Below, one piece after another: positions 52,879 to 61,987 of a stretch of DNA of 64,000 nucleotides. This DNA comes from Terriglobia bacterium (GTDB taxonomy: Bacteria > Acidobacteriota > Terriglobia > Bryobacterales > JACQDG01), in the NCBI GenBank assembly GCA_041482115.1, contig JBGPDC010000001.1, positions 24,296 through 88,295 on the forward strand, in the 5' to 3' direction. The translations under genes and the position numbers were made by a program. The notes below the pieces were generated by a model. That model was given only the letters and a program-made list of their open reading frames with translations, searched no databases and had not been told where the DNA came from. Position 1 is the stretch's first letter. Every line of letters starts with the position of its first letter.

Positions 52879-54555
52879 TCAATTGTAACGTACTTCCACC
52901 GGCCGGACCATAGCCGGATCGATCTGGATGGCAATAGTACCGGCGGGACCTTCGAGCCAGATACGGTCCGGTTGGGTCGAGATGGACACTGGCTGGGGGC
53001 CCAGAAAATAGCCTGTGCGGGTGGGAAGGGGAACGTCGCCACGCAGCACCAGGGTGCGCGACGGCTCGGAGACGCCGAGGCGGGGGGAGCAGGCGTCCGA
53101 GATAATTTCGGGCGGCGCGCTCGCCCCAAAGGGAACCACCGCCCAGCCGAGCGGGCGCAGGCAGAGGAGACCGGCCTCCAGGGACGGCTCGAGCCCCGGA
53201 GCGAAATGCAGGAAGCTCTCGAAATGGTGCTGGCCCGCACCTAGCAGGTCGTCGACGACCAGCCAGCCGAGGTCCGGCAGGCATAGGATCGTGCGGCGGT
53301 GTTCCACGCCGAGGCGGCGGTAGCCGTCGTGGGAGGCCGAAATAACTTGGAAGCGGGGCGCGCGGATTTCCTGTACTGTTGAGACCCAGGCCCGGCGGCC
53401 GACGCGAAAACCGCCCCAGGGCTGGAACTGGTCCTGGCCGTCCACGCGGACGGTGCTGTGGGCGGCGGTGGACCGCAACTGGTCGCGGCGGGGACCCGGG
53501 TCGTAGGTCTCGGTGCCGGAATCGGTCACGATGCGGGTGGATCCGGCGGAGAGCTCAAACGAGAAAATGCCGGCGTGGTGGTGGGCGGGGTTGGGCTCGG
53601 CGCCGGGGGCGCCATAGTCGGCGAGCAGGCGTCCGTGGGGACTCTCGAGAATGTAATAGCCGCTGGCAGGAAAGGAAAGCGGGGCGGACGCGGGCGGCGG
53701 GGGGGCGGGGTCGGGCTCGATGGAGTCGTGAAACAGTGGGAAGCTGCCATCCGGATGCCGCAGGGCGCGGTGGAACCCGGTCATGCGCTCACAGGCGTCG
53801 CGGAGTTGCGGTGGTACGGGCAGATTCGCGCCGGAGAGCAAGGCGATCGCGTCCGCCACCAGGTTCGTCATGCGCAGGTGGTAATAGGGAGCGCGCTCGT
53901 AATGGCCACCGTCGGTGAGGACCTGTTCGTTAAGTTCAGCGAGCAGCAGGTCGAGGCCGCGGCGTCGCCAGCGCTGGGCGGCGGGGCCGTCGAAGCGAAA
54001 GCCGGCGGCCAGCAGGGCGCGGAGATTTTCGAGCAGGTGATTGCCGCCGAGGTGGAACTCGAGGTTGCGCTCGAGAAACGCGGCTTGCGTGGCGACCGAC
54101 CGGGCGACGGCCTCGGGCATCGTGGGACCGAGCGAGCGGATCCAGTTGACGATGCGCAACGAGGCCGGATAGGGGTGCCAGGAAGGCCACGCGCCCGGCG
54201 GATTGGCGGCGATCCAGCTATCGATCTGGCGCAGCAGACGCTCGCGGGGGGTGTGCGGCGCCCAGTCGAAATAGTGAAGCTGGAACAGGCTGAGCAGCGA
54301 GCGGCCGGAGGGATGCCAGTCGGGAGGCTCGGCTGGCTCCGGCGCGGTCGTGGCGGGCGCCCCGGCCGGCCAGGAGAAATCCGGGCGCGGTCGGCAGGAG
54401 CGGGCCGCGGGCTCGCACCAGGCGCGAACGGCAGCGGGAAAACGAGGGTAAAGCCGCCAGCCGAGCGTGTAGCGCACGCGGCCGAGAAGCTGACGTGGGG
54501 GCTGGTAGCGAAGGCTATACCACCAGGCCGCGAGGCGGTCGGACGCCTCAGCCAT
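52879..54555 (-). CDS. heparinase II/III-like (alginate-lyase superfamily) protein
   Basis: ORF trimmed to MAEASDRL, with an 8-nt overlap onto the upstream GT4 stop. NPAHHHAGIFSFELSAGSTRIVTDSG and STAAHSTVRVDG patterns. Confidence 0.75.
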   Translation of the reverse strand: MAEASDRLAAWWYSLRYQPPRQLLGRVRYTLGWRLYPRFPAAVRAWCEPAARSCRPRPDFSWPAGAPATTAPEPAEPPDWHPSGRSLLSLFQLHYFDWAPHTPRERLLRQIDSWIAANPPGAWPSWHPYPASLRIVNWIRSLGPTMPEAVARSVATQAAFLERNLEFHLGGNHLLENLRALLAAGFRFDGPAAQRWRRRGLDLLLAELNEQVLTDGGHYERAPYYHLRMTNLVADAIALLSGANLPVPPQLRDACERMTGFHRALRHPDGSFPLFHDSIEPDPAPPPPASAPLSFPASGYYILESPHGRLLADYGAPGAEPNPAHHHAGIFSFELSAGSTRIVTDSGTETYDPGPRRDQLRSTAAHSTVRVDGQDQFQPWGGFRVGRRAWVSTVQEIRAPRFQVISASHDGYRRLGVEHRRTILCLPDLGWLVVDDLLGAGQHHFESFLHFAPGLEPSLEAGLLCLRPLGWAVVPFGASAPPEIISDACSPRLGVSEPSRTLVLRGDVPLPTRTGYFLGPQPVSISTQPDRIWLEGPAGTIAIQIDPAMVRPVEVRYN

Positions 54556-55810
54556 GGGTGGCAACCGGCTCCGGGAGGCCGCGCGCCGGCTGCGCGGGAG
54601 AGAGCAGGTCCAGGTATTCGGCGGCACGCGCGCGGTAGGAGCAATGACGGAGCGCGTAGTCGCGCCCGCTCGCGCCTAGGCGGCGGCAGAGGGCGGGATC
54701 GTCCGCGAGGCGAGTGACCGCCTGGGCCAATTCGGCGGGCGATTCCGGCTCGCAGAGCAGGCCGGCCCCAGCGTCGGAAACCAGGCGCGCCGCCTCCCCG
54801 CGCACCCCGAGCAGCAGTGGGCGTCCGGCAGCCATGATCTCGAACATCTTGGAGGGCAGCACAGTCTCAAAGAGCGGCGAACGCGCCAGATGCACGATCG
54901 AGGCGTCGGAGCGGGCGAGGAAAGCCGGGATCGCGTCCCAGGGCTGCTGGTCGAGGATCGTCACGTTTTCGAGGCCGCGCTCCTGGCGCTCGCGCCGCAG
55001 GTTTTCGCGCTCGGCGCCGTTGCCGATGACCACGAAGTGGACGTCGCGGCGGGAGCGGAGGATCTCGGCCGCCTGCAGGATGGTCGTGACGGAGTGCGCC
55101 ATGCCGAGGGTCCCGATGTAAGAGACGACAAACTTTCCGTCCCACTCGGGCCGGCCGGCCGGCGCCACGTCGGGCCGGAACTTTTCGGTATCGACGCCGT
55201 TCTTCACCACCGCCAGACGCGCCGGGTCGAGTCCGCGGGCCTCGAGAGTCCGCCGGAATTCGTCGCTGACCAGCACGATCTTCCAGGCCTCGCGGTAGAG
55301 GCGGCCGGCGACGCGGTCGAGCGAGCGGTAGAGGGCCGAGTCGGGAGCGCAGGCCTTCACGGCCGCCAGCGATTCGGGCCAAAGATCGCGCACTTCGAGT
55401 ACAAACCGGGCCCGCCGGCGGCGCGCAATGAACGAGGCTGCGAGGGCGCAGAGCAATTGCGGCGACGTGCCGATCACCACCTCGGGCTCAAAGTCGAGCA
55501 GCGTCCCGGCGAGCGAAGCCGAAGCGCAGAAGCTCGCATAATTGAGCGACCGGCGGACCACGCCCCGGTTGGCGGCCGGGTAAAGCCAGGTGCGGTAAAC
55601 GGGGACGCCCTGGTGCTCCTCGCGGACGAAGCCGCGCCACCAGCGGCCGCGATACCCCGGGTAGAGCTGGCCGCCCGGGTGGTTGGGAAAGCCGGTGAGG
55701 ACCCGCGCGTCGTGACCCGCTTCGCGCCAGCAACGGGAAAACTGTGAGACGCGCGCCGAGGGCGCCCCCATCTCCGGCGGGAAGTACTGGCTTACGTAGA
55801 GAAGGCGCAT
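54548..55810 (-). CDS. GT4-family glycosyltransferase (WcaI/WbuB-like)
   Basis: MRLLYVSQYFPPEMGAPSARV N-terminus. C-terminal EtvLPSKmFEimAaGRP-type GT4 motif. Confidence 0.88.
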   Translation of the reverse strand: MRLLYVSQYFPPEMGAPSARVSQFSRCWREAGHDARVLTGFPNHPGGQLYPGYRGRWWRGFVREEHQGVPVYRTWLYPAANRGVVRRSLNYASFCASASLAGTLLDFEPEVVIGTSPQLLCALAASFIARRRRARFVLEVRDLWPESLAAVKACAPDSALYRSLDRVAGRLYREAWKIVLVSDEFRRTLEARGLDPARLAVVKNGVDTEKFRPDVAPAGRPEWDGKFVVSYIGTLGMAHSVTTILQAAEILRSRRDVHFVVIGNGAERENLRRERQERGLENVTILDQQPWDAIPAFLARSDASIVHLARSPLFETVLPSKMFEIMAAGRPLLLGVRGEAARLVSDAGAGLLCEPESPAELAQAVTRLADDPALCRRLGASGRDYALRHCSYRARAAEYLDLLSPAQPARGLPEPVATHG

Positions 55811-57921
55811 GGCTCACCGGTGCGGAGCGAGCGCAGGGCGGCAAAGGTAGCCCAGGTAGTGCGGGCGAGACTCGAGAATTCGATCGGAGCAGGCCCGCCG
55901 CGGCGCACGGCGTCGAGAAAGGCGGCGACTTCCGCGCGATGGCCTTTGTCCTGGTGGCCGCTCTCGAGCGCGCGGCGTTGGCTGCCCTGGTGGACGGTGG
56001 CGGAACGGAAATCCTCCATCTCAATGACCAGATCGCAGGCGTAGATCTCCAGGCGCTCCTTGCTGAGACGGGCGCGATTGCTGGTGAGGTAGTCGATCGC
56101 GGCCGAGGAGCCGTCTTCGAGCGAGAGATGCACTTGGAGGTCGCCCGTGGCCGAGCCCGTCGCGAAGACTTTGGCCGGCAGCGCGCCTGCCAGGAACGAG
56201 ACCAGGTCGATAAAATGGCAAACCTCACCGACCACGCGGCCCCCCTCCGAGGGACGCTCGAGCCAGTGGCCGGTGGGGAGGGGTCCGGCGTTCACACGAT
56301 AGTGGAAGCGCAGCGGCGCGCTGCGTGTCAAGAGCAGATCGCGAGCCGCCCGGGCGAAAGCCGAGAAACGGCGGTTGAAACCGGCCAGCAGCAGGCGTCC
56401 GGATCTTTCCTGCGCTACAGCTATTTCTTCCAGCTCGTCCTCGCGCACGCACAACGGCTTCTCGACGAAGACGTGGAGTCCGCCGGCCAGCGCCTGGCAG
56501 ACCAGCGCGGCGTGGGTGGAGTGGGGCGTCGCGATGAAGACCGCGTCAAGATTCGCCTCGCGAAAGACGTCCTCCGCCGCAGTGGCCACAGTCGCGAAAC
56601 CGAACTTCGCGGCGACTTCGCGGGCGCGAACCGGACCAGCGGAAGCCAGGGCAGCCAACCGCAGATCCGGCTGGGCGGCGAGCGCCGGAAGCAGCACGGT
56701 GCGCGCGAAAGAGCCGGCGCCCAGGAAACCGATCGAGAGCACGCCAGGACGCGGAGCCGGCGCCTCCTGCAAGACCAAGCGGCGCACGGGTGGCGCGGCA
56801 GTCTCCGGGTAGTGGAAGACGATGCCGAGGTGCGGGGTCTGGCTCAGCAGCAGGTCGTAGGCGGCGGCCGCGTCGGCGAACTCGAAGCGATGACTGACCA
56901 AGTGGTCGAGCCGTATGCGGCCGCGGGCCAGCAGGTCGAGGAAAGCCTCGAGGTTGCGGGTCTGGGTCCACCGGACGTAGGGATACGGATAGTCGCGCCC
57001 TTCCTCTTCAAAGCTCGGGTCGTAGCGGCCGGGTCCGGTCGAGCGGGATACCACGAACTCCAGCTCCTTGAGGAAGAACTCGTGGCGGGGGAGATCGGTC
57101 TTGATCAGACCTACGGCAACGATGCGCCCCTTCTCGCGCGCGAGCTGGGCGGCCAGCTCGACCGGCGCGTTCGAAGAAGAGTCGGCGCAGATCAGGACGG
57201 CATCGGCGCCGTACCCCGTCCCCGTAACGGCGGCAGGATCGGCCTCCGGGAGTTGGCCGTTGGTGAGGGCGACAGCGGCTCCCGCCAAGCGGGCCAGCTC
57301 CACGCGGCTCGGGTCCAAGTCGATCGCGATGACGCGGCAGCCGGCGGCGAGCAGCAATTGCACGGTGATTTGGCCCAGCAGTCCTAGACCGATGACCGTG
57401 GCGGTTTCGCCCAGCGTGACCCGGGAAAGACGCACGCCCTCGAGCGCAATAGCCCCGAGCGTGGTAAAGGCCGCTTGCTCAGCCGGGACTCCGGCGGGTA
57501 CCCGGGCCACGAGCGTCCTCGGCATAGCGACCAGTTCGGCGTGAGAGGCGTAGTCCTGGCCGGCACAGGCGACGAGGTCGCCGGGGCGCAGGCCCTCCAC
57601 CTCCGGGCCCACCTCGACCACCAGGCCGCAGGAGGCATAGCCCAACGCGACGGTCTGCTGGGTCTTGTCCCGCACGGCGCGGACGGTAGCAGCCAAGCCT
57701 TCCCTTTGGAACTTAGTGACGACGCGCGCGACCAGATCCGGCCGCTCCAGTGCGGTGCGGAGCACGGACTGGCGTCCGAGCTTGAGCATGTGGCGCTCGG
57801 TGCCGGCGCTCAGGGCCGAGGCCACGGTCCGCACCAGCACTTCTCGCGGGCCGCAGGCTGGCGACGGCACCTCCACCAGCTCCACCGCGCCGGACTTACG
57901 GTTTTGGACGAGCTGTCGCAC
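55792..57921 (-). CDS. bi-domain oxidoreductase (Zn-ADH/MDR-like N-terminal half + Gfo/Idh/MocA C-terminal half)
   Basis: ORF 55792..58020 trimmed to GTG 57921 (TAGTG junction with the upstream stop). VIGLGLLGQ and IGFLGAGSFA Rossmann motifs in the two halves. Confidence 0.8.
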   Translation of the reverse strand: MRQLVQNRKSGAVELVEVPSPACGPREVLVRTVASALSAGTERHMLKLGRQSVLRTALERPDLVARVVTKFQREGLAATVRAVRDKTQQTVALGYASCGLVVEVGPEVEGLRPGDLVACAGQDYASHAELVAMPRTLVARVPAGVPAEQAAFTTLGAIALEGVRLSRVTLGETATVIGLGLLGQITVQLLLAAGCRVIAIDLDPSRVELARLAGAAVALTNGQLPEADPAAVTGTGYGADAVLICADSSSNAPVELAAQLAREKGRIVAVGLIKTDLPRHEFFLKELEFVVSRSTGPGRYDPSFEEEGRDYPYPYVRWTQTRNLEAFLDLLARGRIRLDHLVSHRFEFADAAAAYDLLLSQTPHLGIVFHYPETAAPPVRRLVLQEAPAPRPGVLSIGFLGAGSFARTVLLPALAAQPDLRLAALASAGPVRAREVAAKFGFATVATAAEDVFREANLDAVFIATPHSTHAALVCQALAGGLHVFVEKPLCVREDELEEIAVAQERSGRLLLAGFNRRFSAFARAARDLLLTRSAPLRFHYRVNAGPLPTGHWLERPSEGGRVVGEVCHFIDLVSFLAGALPAKVFATGSATGDLQVHLSLEDGSSAAIDYLTSNRARLSKERLEIYACDLVIEMEDFRSATVHQGSQRRALESGHQDKGHRAEVAAFLDAVRRGGPAPIEFSSLARTTWATFAALRSLRTGEPCAFST

Positions 57922-58070
57922 TAGAAGATCGTGTAGATGAAGGGAGCCAGCACCGACGTCTGCGCAAAGATCAGCAGCGCGCCCAGCAGGAGCAGCACGA
58001 TCACGATCGGCAGCAGCCACAACTTCTTGTTGTGGCGCAGGAACAACCAGAATTCTTGCAATAAAGACAT
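57921..58070 (-). CDS. DUF5989/SxtK-like small membrane protein
   Basis: MSLLQEFWLFLRHNKKLWLLPIVIVLLLLGALLIFAQTSVLAPFIYTIF, 49 aa. This is the pattern found next to carbamoyltransferase/SxtJ pairs. Confidence 0.7.
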   Translation of the reverse strand: MSLLQEFWLFLRHNKKLWLLPIVIVLLLLGALLIFAQTSVLAPFIYTIF

Positions 58071-58075
58071 GTCAC

Positions 58076-58480
58076 CTAGAACAGCCGCTCGAACTGCTCC
58101 CGATCCTGGCGCGTGCGGGCCCGCGGGATCCAATAGGAATCCGCGCGCGGCCCCCGCCGGCGCAACGGATCGCGGCCCAGCAGGCGCCGGGCGAAGCCGA
58201 GCGGCGTGAACACCCCATAGTACATGACTCCCAGGAGAATGCGAGTGTTGACGTAGCCCAGCGCGGCGGCCAGTTGCATCCAGCGGCGGTGGAACGAGAG
58301 CGCCGCCGAGGCCGAAGCGATGCTCGAGCAGGCTAGCGCGACCGCGGCGGAGGTGAGAATGGTGGCGCGCGTCTCGTGCCCCCGCCAAAGGCTGAGCACC
58401 ACCAGCAATTCGAGCGCCGCCGCCACCAGCAGCGCGGACCTGCGGGCCTGGCTCAGTTCCTGGGAGGGATTCTCAATCAA
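58076..58480 (-). CDS. SxtJ-family membrane protein
   Basis: 134 aa with two or three TM segments. GVMYYGVFTPLGFARRLLGRDPL pattern. 8-nt overlap with the carbamoyltransferase gene. Confidence 0.65.
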   Translation of the reverse strand: MIENPSQELSQARRSALLVAAALELLVVLSLWRGHETRATILTSAAVALACSSIASASAALSFHRRWMQLAAALGYVNTRILLGVMYYGVFTPLGFARRLLGRDPLRRRGPRADSYWIPRARTRQDREQFERLF

Positions 58481-60302
58481 GCTGGAATTCCTCCTGCCAG
58501 GACCGGCTCTCGACGAACTCGCCCTGCTCGGTCTTGTCGAGGATGAAGTCGCCCATCACCAGGTAGTCCATCTCGGTGCGCATGAAGCAAGTGTAAGCGT
58601 GCTCGGGTGAGCAAACGATCGGCTCGCCGCGCACATTGAAAGATGTATTGACCAGCAGCGGGCAGCCGGTGAGGCGCTCGAAGGCGCGCAGCAGGTCGTA
58701 GTAGAGCGGGTTCTCCTCGCGGCGCACGGTCTGGACGCGGGCCGAATAATCGACGTGCGTCACCGCCGGGATCGTGGACCGCGGCACGTGGAGCTTGTCG
58801 ATGCCGAAGAGCCGGGACTGCTCCGCCGTCATCGGGATGCGCAAATCAGGATGCACCGGGGCCACCAGGAGCATGTAGGGCGAGTCGCAGTCGAGCTCGA
58901 AGAAATCGGCCACGCGCTCGCGGATCACGGACGGGGCAAAGGGCCGGAAGCTCTCGCGGAACTTGATCTTGAGGTTCATCACCGACTGCATGCGGGTCGA
59001 GCGTGGATCGCCCAGGATGCTGCGGGCGCCGAGGGCCCGGGGACCGAACTCCATGCGTCCCTGGAACCAGCCGACCACCTTCTCCTGCGCGAGCAGAGTG
59101 GCGACGCGGTCCGGGAGCGTGGGGCGGTCCGCAAGGTGGTAGCGCGCGCCGGCGGAGTCGAGGAAGGCGCGGATCTCGTCGTTCTTATATTCCGGCCCCA
59201 GGTAGGCACCGGCCATGCCATCCGAGTGCCCTCCGCAGACGCCCGCCACGTTGCGGGGCTCCCCCCCGTATTGATACCAGGCCGAGAGTGCGGCTCCGAG
59301 CGCTCCGCCGGCGTCCCCCGCCGCGGGCTGGATCCACACGCGCTCGAAGGGTCCTTCCCGGAGAATCCGTCCGTTGCCGACGCAGTTGAGCGCCACCCCG
59401 CCCGCGAGACACAAGTTCTTCTCGCCGGTGACTTTATGGACGTGGCGCGCCATGCGTAGCATAGCCATCTCCGTCACCTCCTGCACCGAGCGGGCCAGGT
59501 CCATCTCGCGCTGCGTCAGCGGGGACTCGGGCTGGCGCGGCGGACCGCCGAACAGGCCGTCGAACTCGGCGTTGGTCATGGTGAGGCCCTGGCAGTAGTT
59601 GAAGTACCGCATGTCGAGCCGCAGCGAGCCATCCTCGCGCAGGTCGACGAGATGCTCGAGAATGGTCTGCACGTAGCGCGGCTCGCCGTAGGGGGCGAGA
59701 CCCATCACCTTGTATTCGCCGGAATTGACCCGGAAGCCGGTGTAGTAAGTGAAGGCGGAGTAGAGCAGGCCGAGCGAATGGGGAAAGTGCATCTCGGCCA
59801 GCAGGTGGACCTCATTGCCGCGCCCGTAACCGTAACTGCTGGTCGCCCACTCGCCCACGCCGTCGATAGTCAGGATGGCGGCGGATTCAAAAGGGGAGGG
59901 AAAGAAAGCGCTGGCCGCGTGGGATTCGTGGTGCTCCGTGAAGAGCACCTTTCCGGAGAAGTGGCACTCGCGGGCGATCTTTTCCCGCAGCCACAGCTTC
60001 TCCCGCAGCCATAGGGGCATGGCCTCCAGAAACGACCGGAAGCCGGCCGGAGCGTAGTCGAGGTAGGTTTCGAGCAGCCGGTCGAACTTCTGGAGGGGCT
60101 TATCGTAGAACGCCACCAGGTCGAGATCTTGGGCGCCGACGCCGCCTTGACGCAGGCAGTACTGGACCGCGTTCGTGGGGAAGCGGTGGTCATGCTTCTG
60201 GCGGGTGAAGCGCTCTTCCTGCGCGGCGGCGATAACGCGGCCGTCCTCCACGAGGCAGGCCGTAGAGTCGTGATAATAGGCAGAAATACCTAGAATTCTC
60301 AC
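58473..60302 (-). CDS. carbamoyltransferase (NodU/CmcH/SxtI family)
   Basis: MRILGISAYYHDSTACLVEDGRVIAAAQEERFTRQKHD. C-terminal LVNTSFNVRGEPIV. GTG start. Confidence 0.92.
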   Translation of the reverse strand: MRILGISAYYHDSTACLVEDGRVIAAAQEERFTRQKHDHRFPTNAVQYCLRQGGVGAQDLDLVAFYDKPLQKFDRLLETYLDYAPAGFRSFLEAMPLWLREKLWLREKIARECHFSGKVLFTEHHESHAASAFFPSPFESAAILTIDGVGEWATSSYGYGRGNEVHLLAEMHFPHSLGLLYSAFTYYTGFRVNSGEYKVMGLAPYGEPRYVQTILEHLVDLREDGSLRLDMRYFNYCQGLTMTNAEFDGLFGGPPRQPESPLTQREMDLARSVQEVTEMAMLRMARHVHKVTGEKNLCLAGGVALNCVGNGRILREGPFERVWIQPAAGDAGGALGAALSAWYQYGGEPRNVAGVCGGHSDGMAGAYLGPEYKNDEIRAFLDSAGARYHLADRPTLPDRVATLLAQEKVVGWFQGRMEFGPRALGARSILGDPRSTRMQSVMNLKIKFRESFRPFAPSVIRERVADFFELDCDSPYMLLVAPVHPDLRIPMTAEQSRLFGIDKLHVPRSTIPAVTHVDYSARVQTVRREENPLYYDLLRAFERLTGCPLLVNTSFNVRGEPIVCSPEHAYTCFMRTEMDYLVMGDFILDKTEQGEFVESRSWQEEFQLD

Positions 60303-60327
60303 AGAGCGCGACCGCCTAATCCTGAGC

Positions 60328-60336
60328 AGTATAGCA
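60328..60336 (-). promoter_or_regulatory. extended -10 candidate (TGCTATACT on the minus strand)
   Basis: The reverse complement of 60328-60336 reads TGCTATACT. Its downstream end is 25 nt upstream of the carbamoyltransferase GTG. Confidence 0.35.
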
Positions 60337-60374
60337 GTACTACGGTGCGCCGCACCCCCGGACGCGCCTGACCC

Positions 60375-61919
60375 TCAGCGAGCCTGCGTCTCCCTGGCCA
60401 GCACGTCCACCAGCACGCCGCGCTCTTCGCGGTAGGCTACTTTGTCCGCGACAATTACGAACTGGTAGCCGAGCAGGCGGCGAAACACGCCGGTGAGGCC
60501 CGCCAGCAGCGCAAAGAGAGCGCGGCCGAGCCACGTCCGGCTGAAACGGGGGAAGACCAGCGGCAGCGGCACCGGGGTCGCCGTAACCGTCCGGACCTTC
60601 CAGCCCGATTCGCGCACCAGCTCGAGCGCGGAGCGCAGGGTAAAGAAGTGCAGGTGGTCGCGGTCGAGGATGCCACGGCGGCCGTAAGGGAACCGCCCCA
60701 GCAGGATCAGCAAGCGGATGAACACGTTGGCCACATTGGGCACGGCCAGCAGGATCTCGCCGTCGGCGCCCAGCAGCCGGGCAGCGCGGGCCAGCACCGC
60801 TTCGGGCCGGCGCAGGTGTTCCAGAATGTCCGCCGCGAGCAGGACGTCGAACTGCTGGCCGAGCTCGGCAAAATCGCAGGTTTCGGGATCGGCGGTCACG
60901 ACGGCCACCCCGCGCTCGGCGGCCCGGGCGGCGGAGTGGGCGTCTTTCTCGATACCGACCACGGTGTGTCCGGCGGCCACGAGTTCGGAGGCCAGCCGTC
61001 CATCGGCGCAGCCGAGCTCCAGCACCCGCGCCGGCCGGCGCCGCCGGAAGTACTCGCGGATCACCGCGTGGCCGCTGTGTGGGTAGGGCTGATACTCATA
61101 AGCCGCCGGCTCGGAATCGCGTTCATACTTGCGGTCGTGGACCAGGCCCATGCGGTGCAAACGGTAGCCTAGCGTGGTGCGCATGCAGTTCCAGGCATAG
61201 CCCAGGCCGTTCACCCGGCAGATCTCGCTGCCGTAGAACGTCGGGATCGGCACTTCGCGTATCCGCAGGCCCGCGTGGTGGAACTGCAAAATGATTTGCG
61301 TGTCGAAGTGCCACTCATCGGAATTGAGCAAAAAGGGGACCTGCCGCAGGGCGTCCACCCGAAAGGCCCGGTACCCGGAGTGGAACTCCGACAGGTGCTG
61401 GCGGGAGAGCCGGTTCTGGAGGCCCGTAAGGATCCGGTTGCCGATGAACTTGTAAAACGGCATGCCGCCGCGCAGCGCCGCCATCCCCCCCATGCGCGTG
61501 CCGTAAACCATGTCCGCTTCGCCCGCGACCAGCGGCGCGAGGAGGCTCCACATCACCTCGGGAGCGTACTGGCCGTCGCCATGGAGGAGCACGACGACGT
61601 CGAAGCCGCGGTCGAGCGCGTAAAGATAGCCGCGCTTCTGATTGCCCCCGTACCGCAGGTTGCGGGTGTTAGCGTAGACGCGCAGCTTCTCCAGGCCCCG
61701 GTGGGACTTGAAGCCGATCGCGGCGTGAACCGTCTCGTCCTGGCTGCAATCGTCGAAGACGTAAATCTCTTCCACCTGTTCGTAGACTTCGGGCGGAATA
61801 CGGGAAATCGTCTGGTTCAGGTGCTGGACGGCGTTGAAGGAGACGATGAAGACGCCGATGCGGGCCGGACGCGCAGCCGGCTCGGAAGCGCCCCGCGTCA
61901 CCGGAGGAGAAGCACCCAT
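60375..61919 (-). CDS. GT2 glycosyltransferase fused to class I SAM methyltransferase
   Basis: N-terminal IGVFIVSFNAVQHL...VFDDCSQDET...HGDGQY. C-terminal VLELGCADGRL...DVLLAADILEHL. Confidence 0.85.
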   Translation of the reverse strand: MGASPPVTRGASEPAARPARIGVFIVSFNAVQHLNQTISRIPPEVYEQVEEIYVFDDCSQDETVHAAIGFKSHRGLEKLRVYANTRNLRYGGNQKRGYLYALDRGFDVVVLLHGDGQYAPEVMWSLLAPLVAGEADMVYGTRMGGMAALRGGMPFYKFIGNRILTGLQNRLSRQHLSEFHSGYRAFRVDALRQVPFLLNSDEWHFDTQIILQFHHAGLRIREVPIPTFYGSEICRVNGLGYAWNCMRTTLGYRLHRMGLVHDRKYERDSEPAAYEYQPYPHSGHAVIREYFRRRRPARVLELGCADGRLASELVAAGHTVVGIEKDAHSAARAAERGVAVVTADPETCDFAELGQQFDVLLAADILEHLRRPEAVLARAARLLGADGEILLAVPNVANVFIRLLILLGRFPYGRRGILDRDHLHFFTLRSALELVRESGWKVRTVTATPVPLPLVFPRFSRTWLGRALFALLAGLTGVFRRLLGYQFVIVADKVAYREERGVLVDVLARETQAR

Positions 61920-61987
61920 AAGTGGCGGAGATGGCTTACTGTTAGACTAGCAGTCGGGCCGCCCCCGCTCAAGCCCGCCCGACCCTC

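Noticed and set aside
55744-57387. 547-aa plus-strand ORF, with similar long antisense ORFs at 29415-31112, 27831-29033, 25683-26789, 35503-36780, 47561-48844, 53458-54717 and 62030-63208
   Set aside because: Each is antisense to a gene with clear family motifs, and none has recognisable motifs of its own. They are GC-rich shadow frames.
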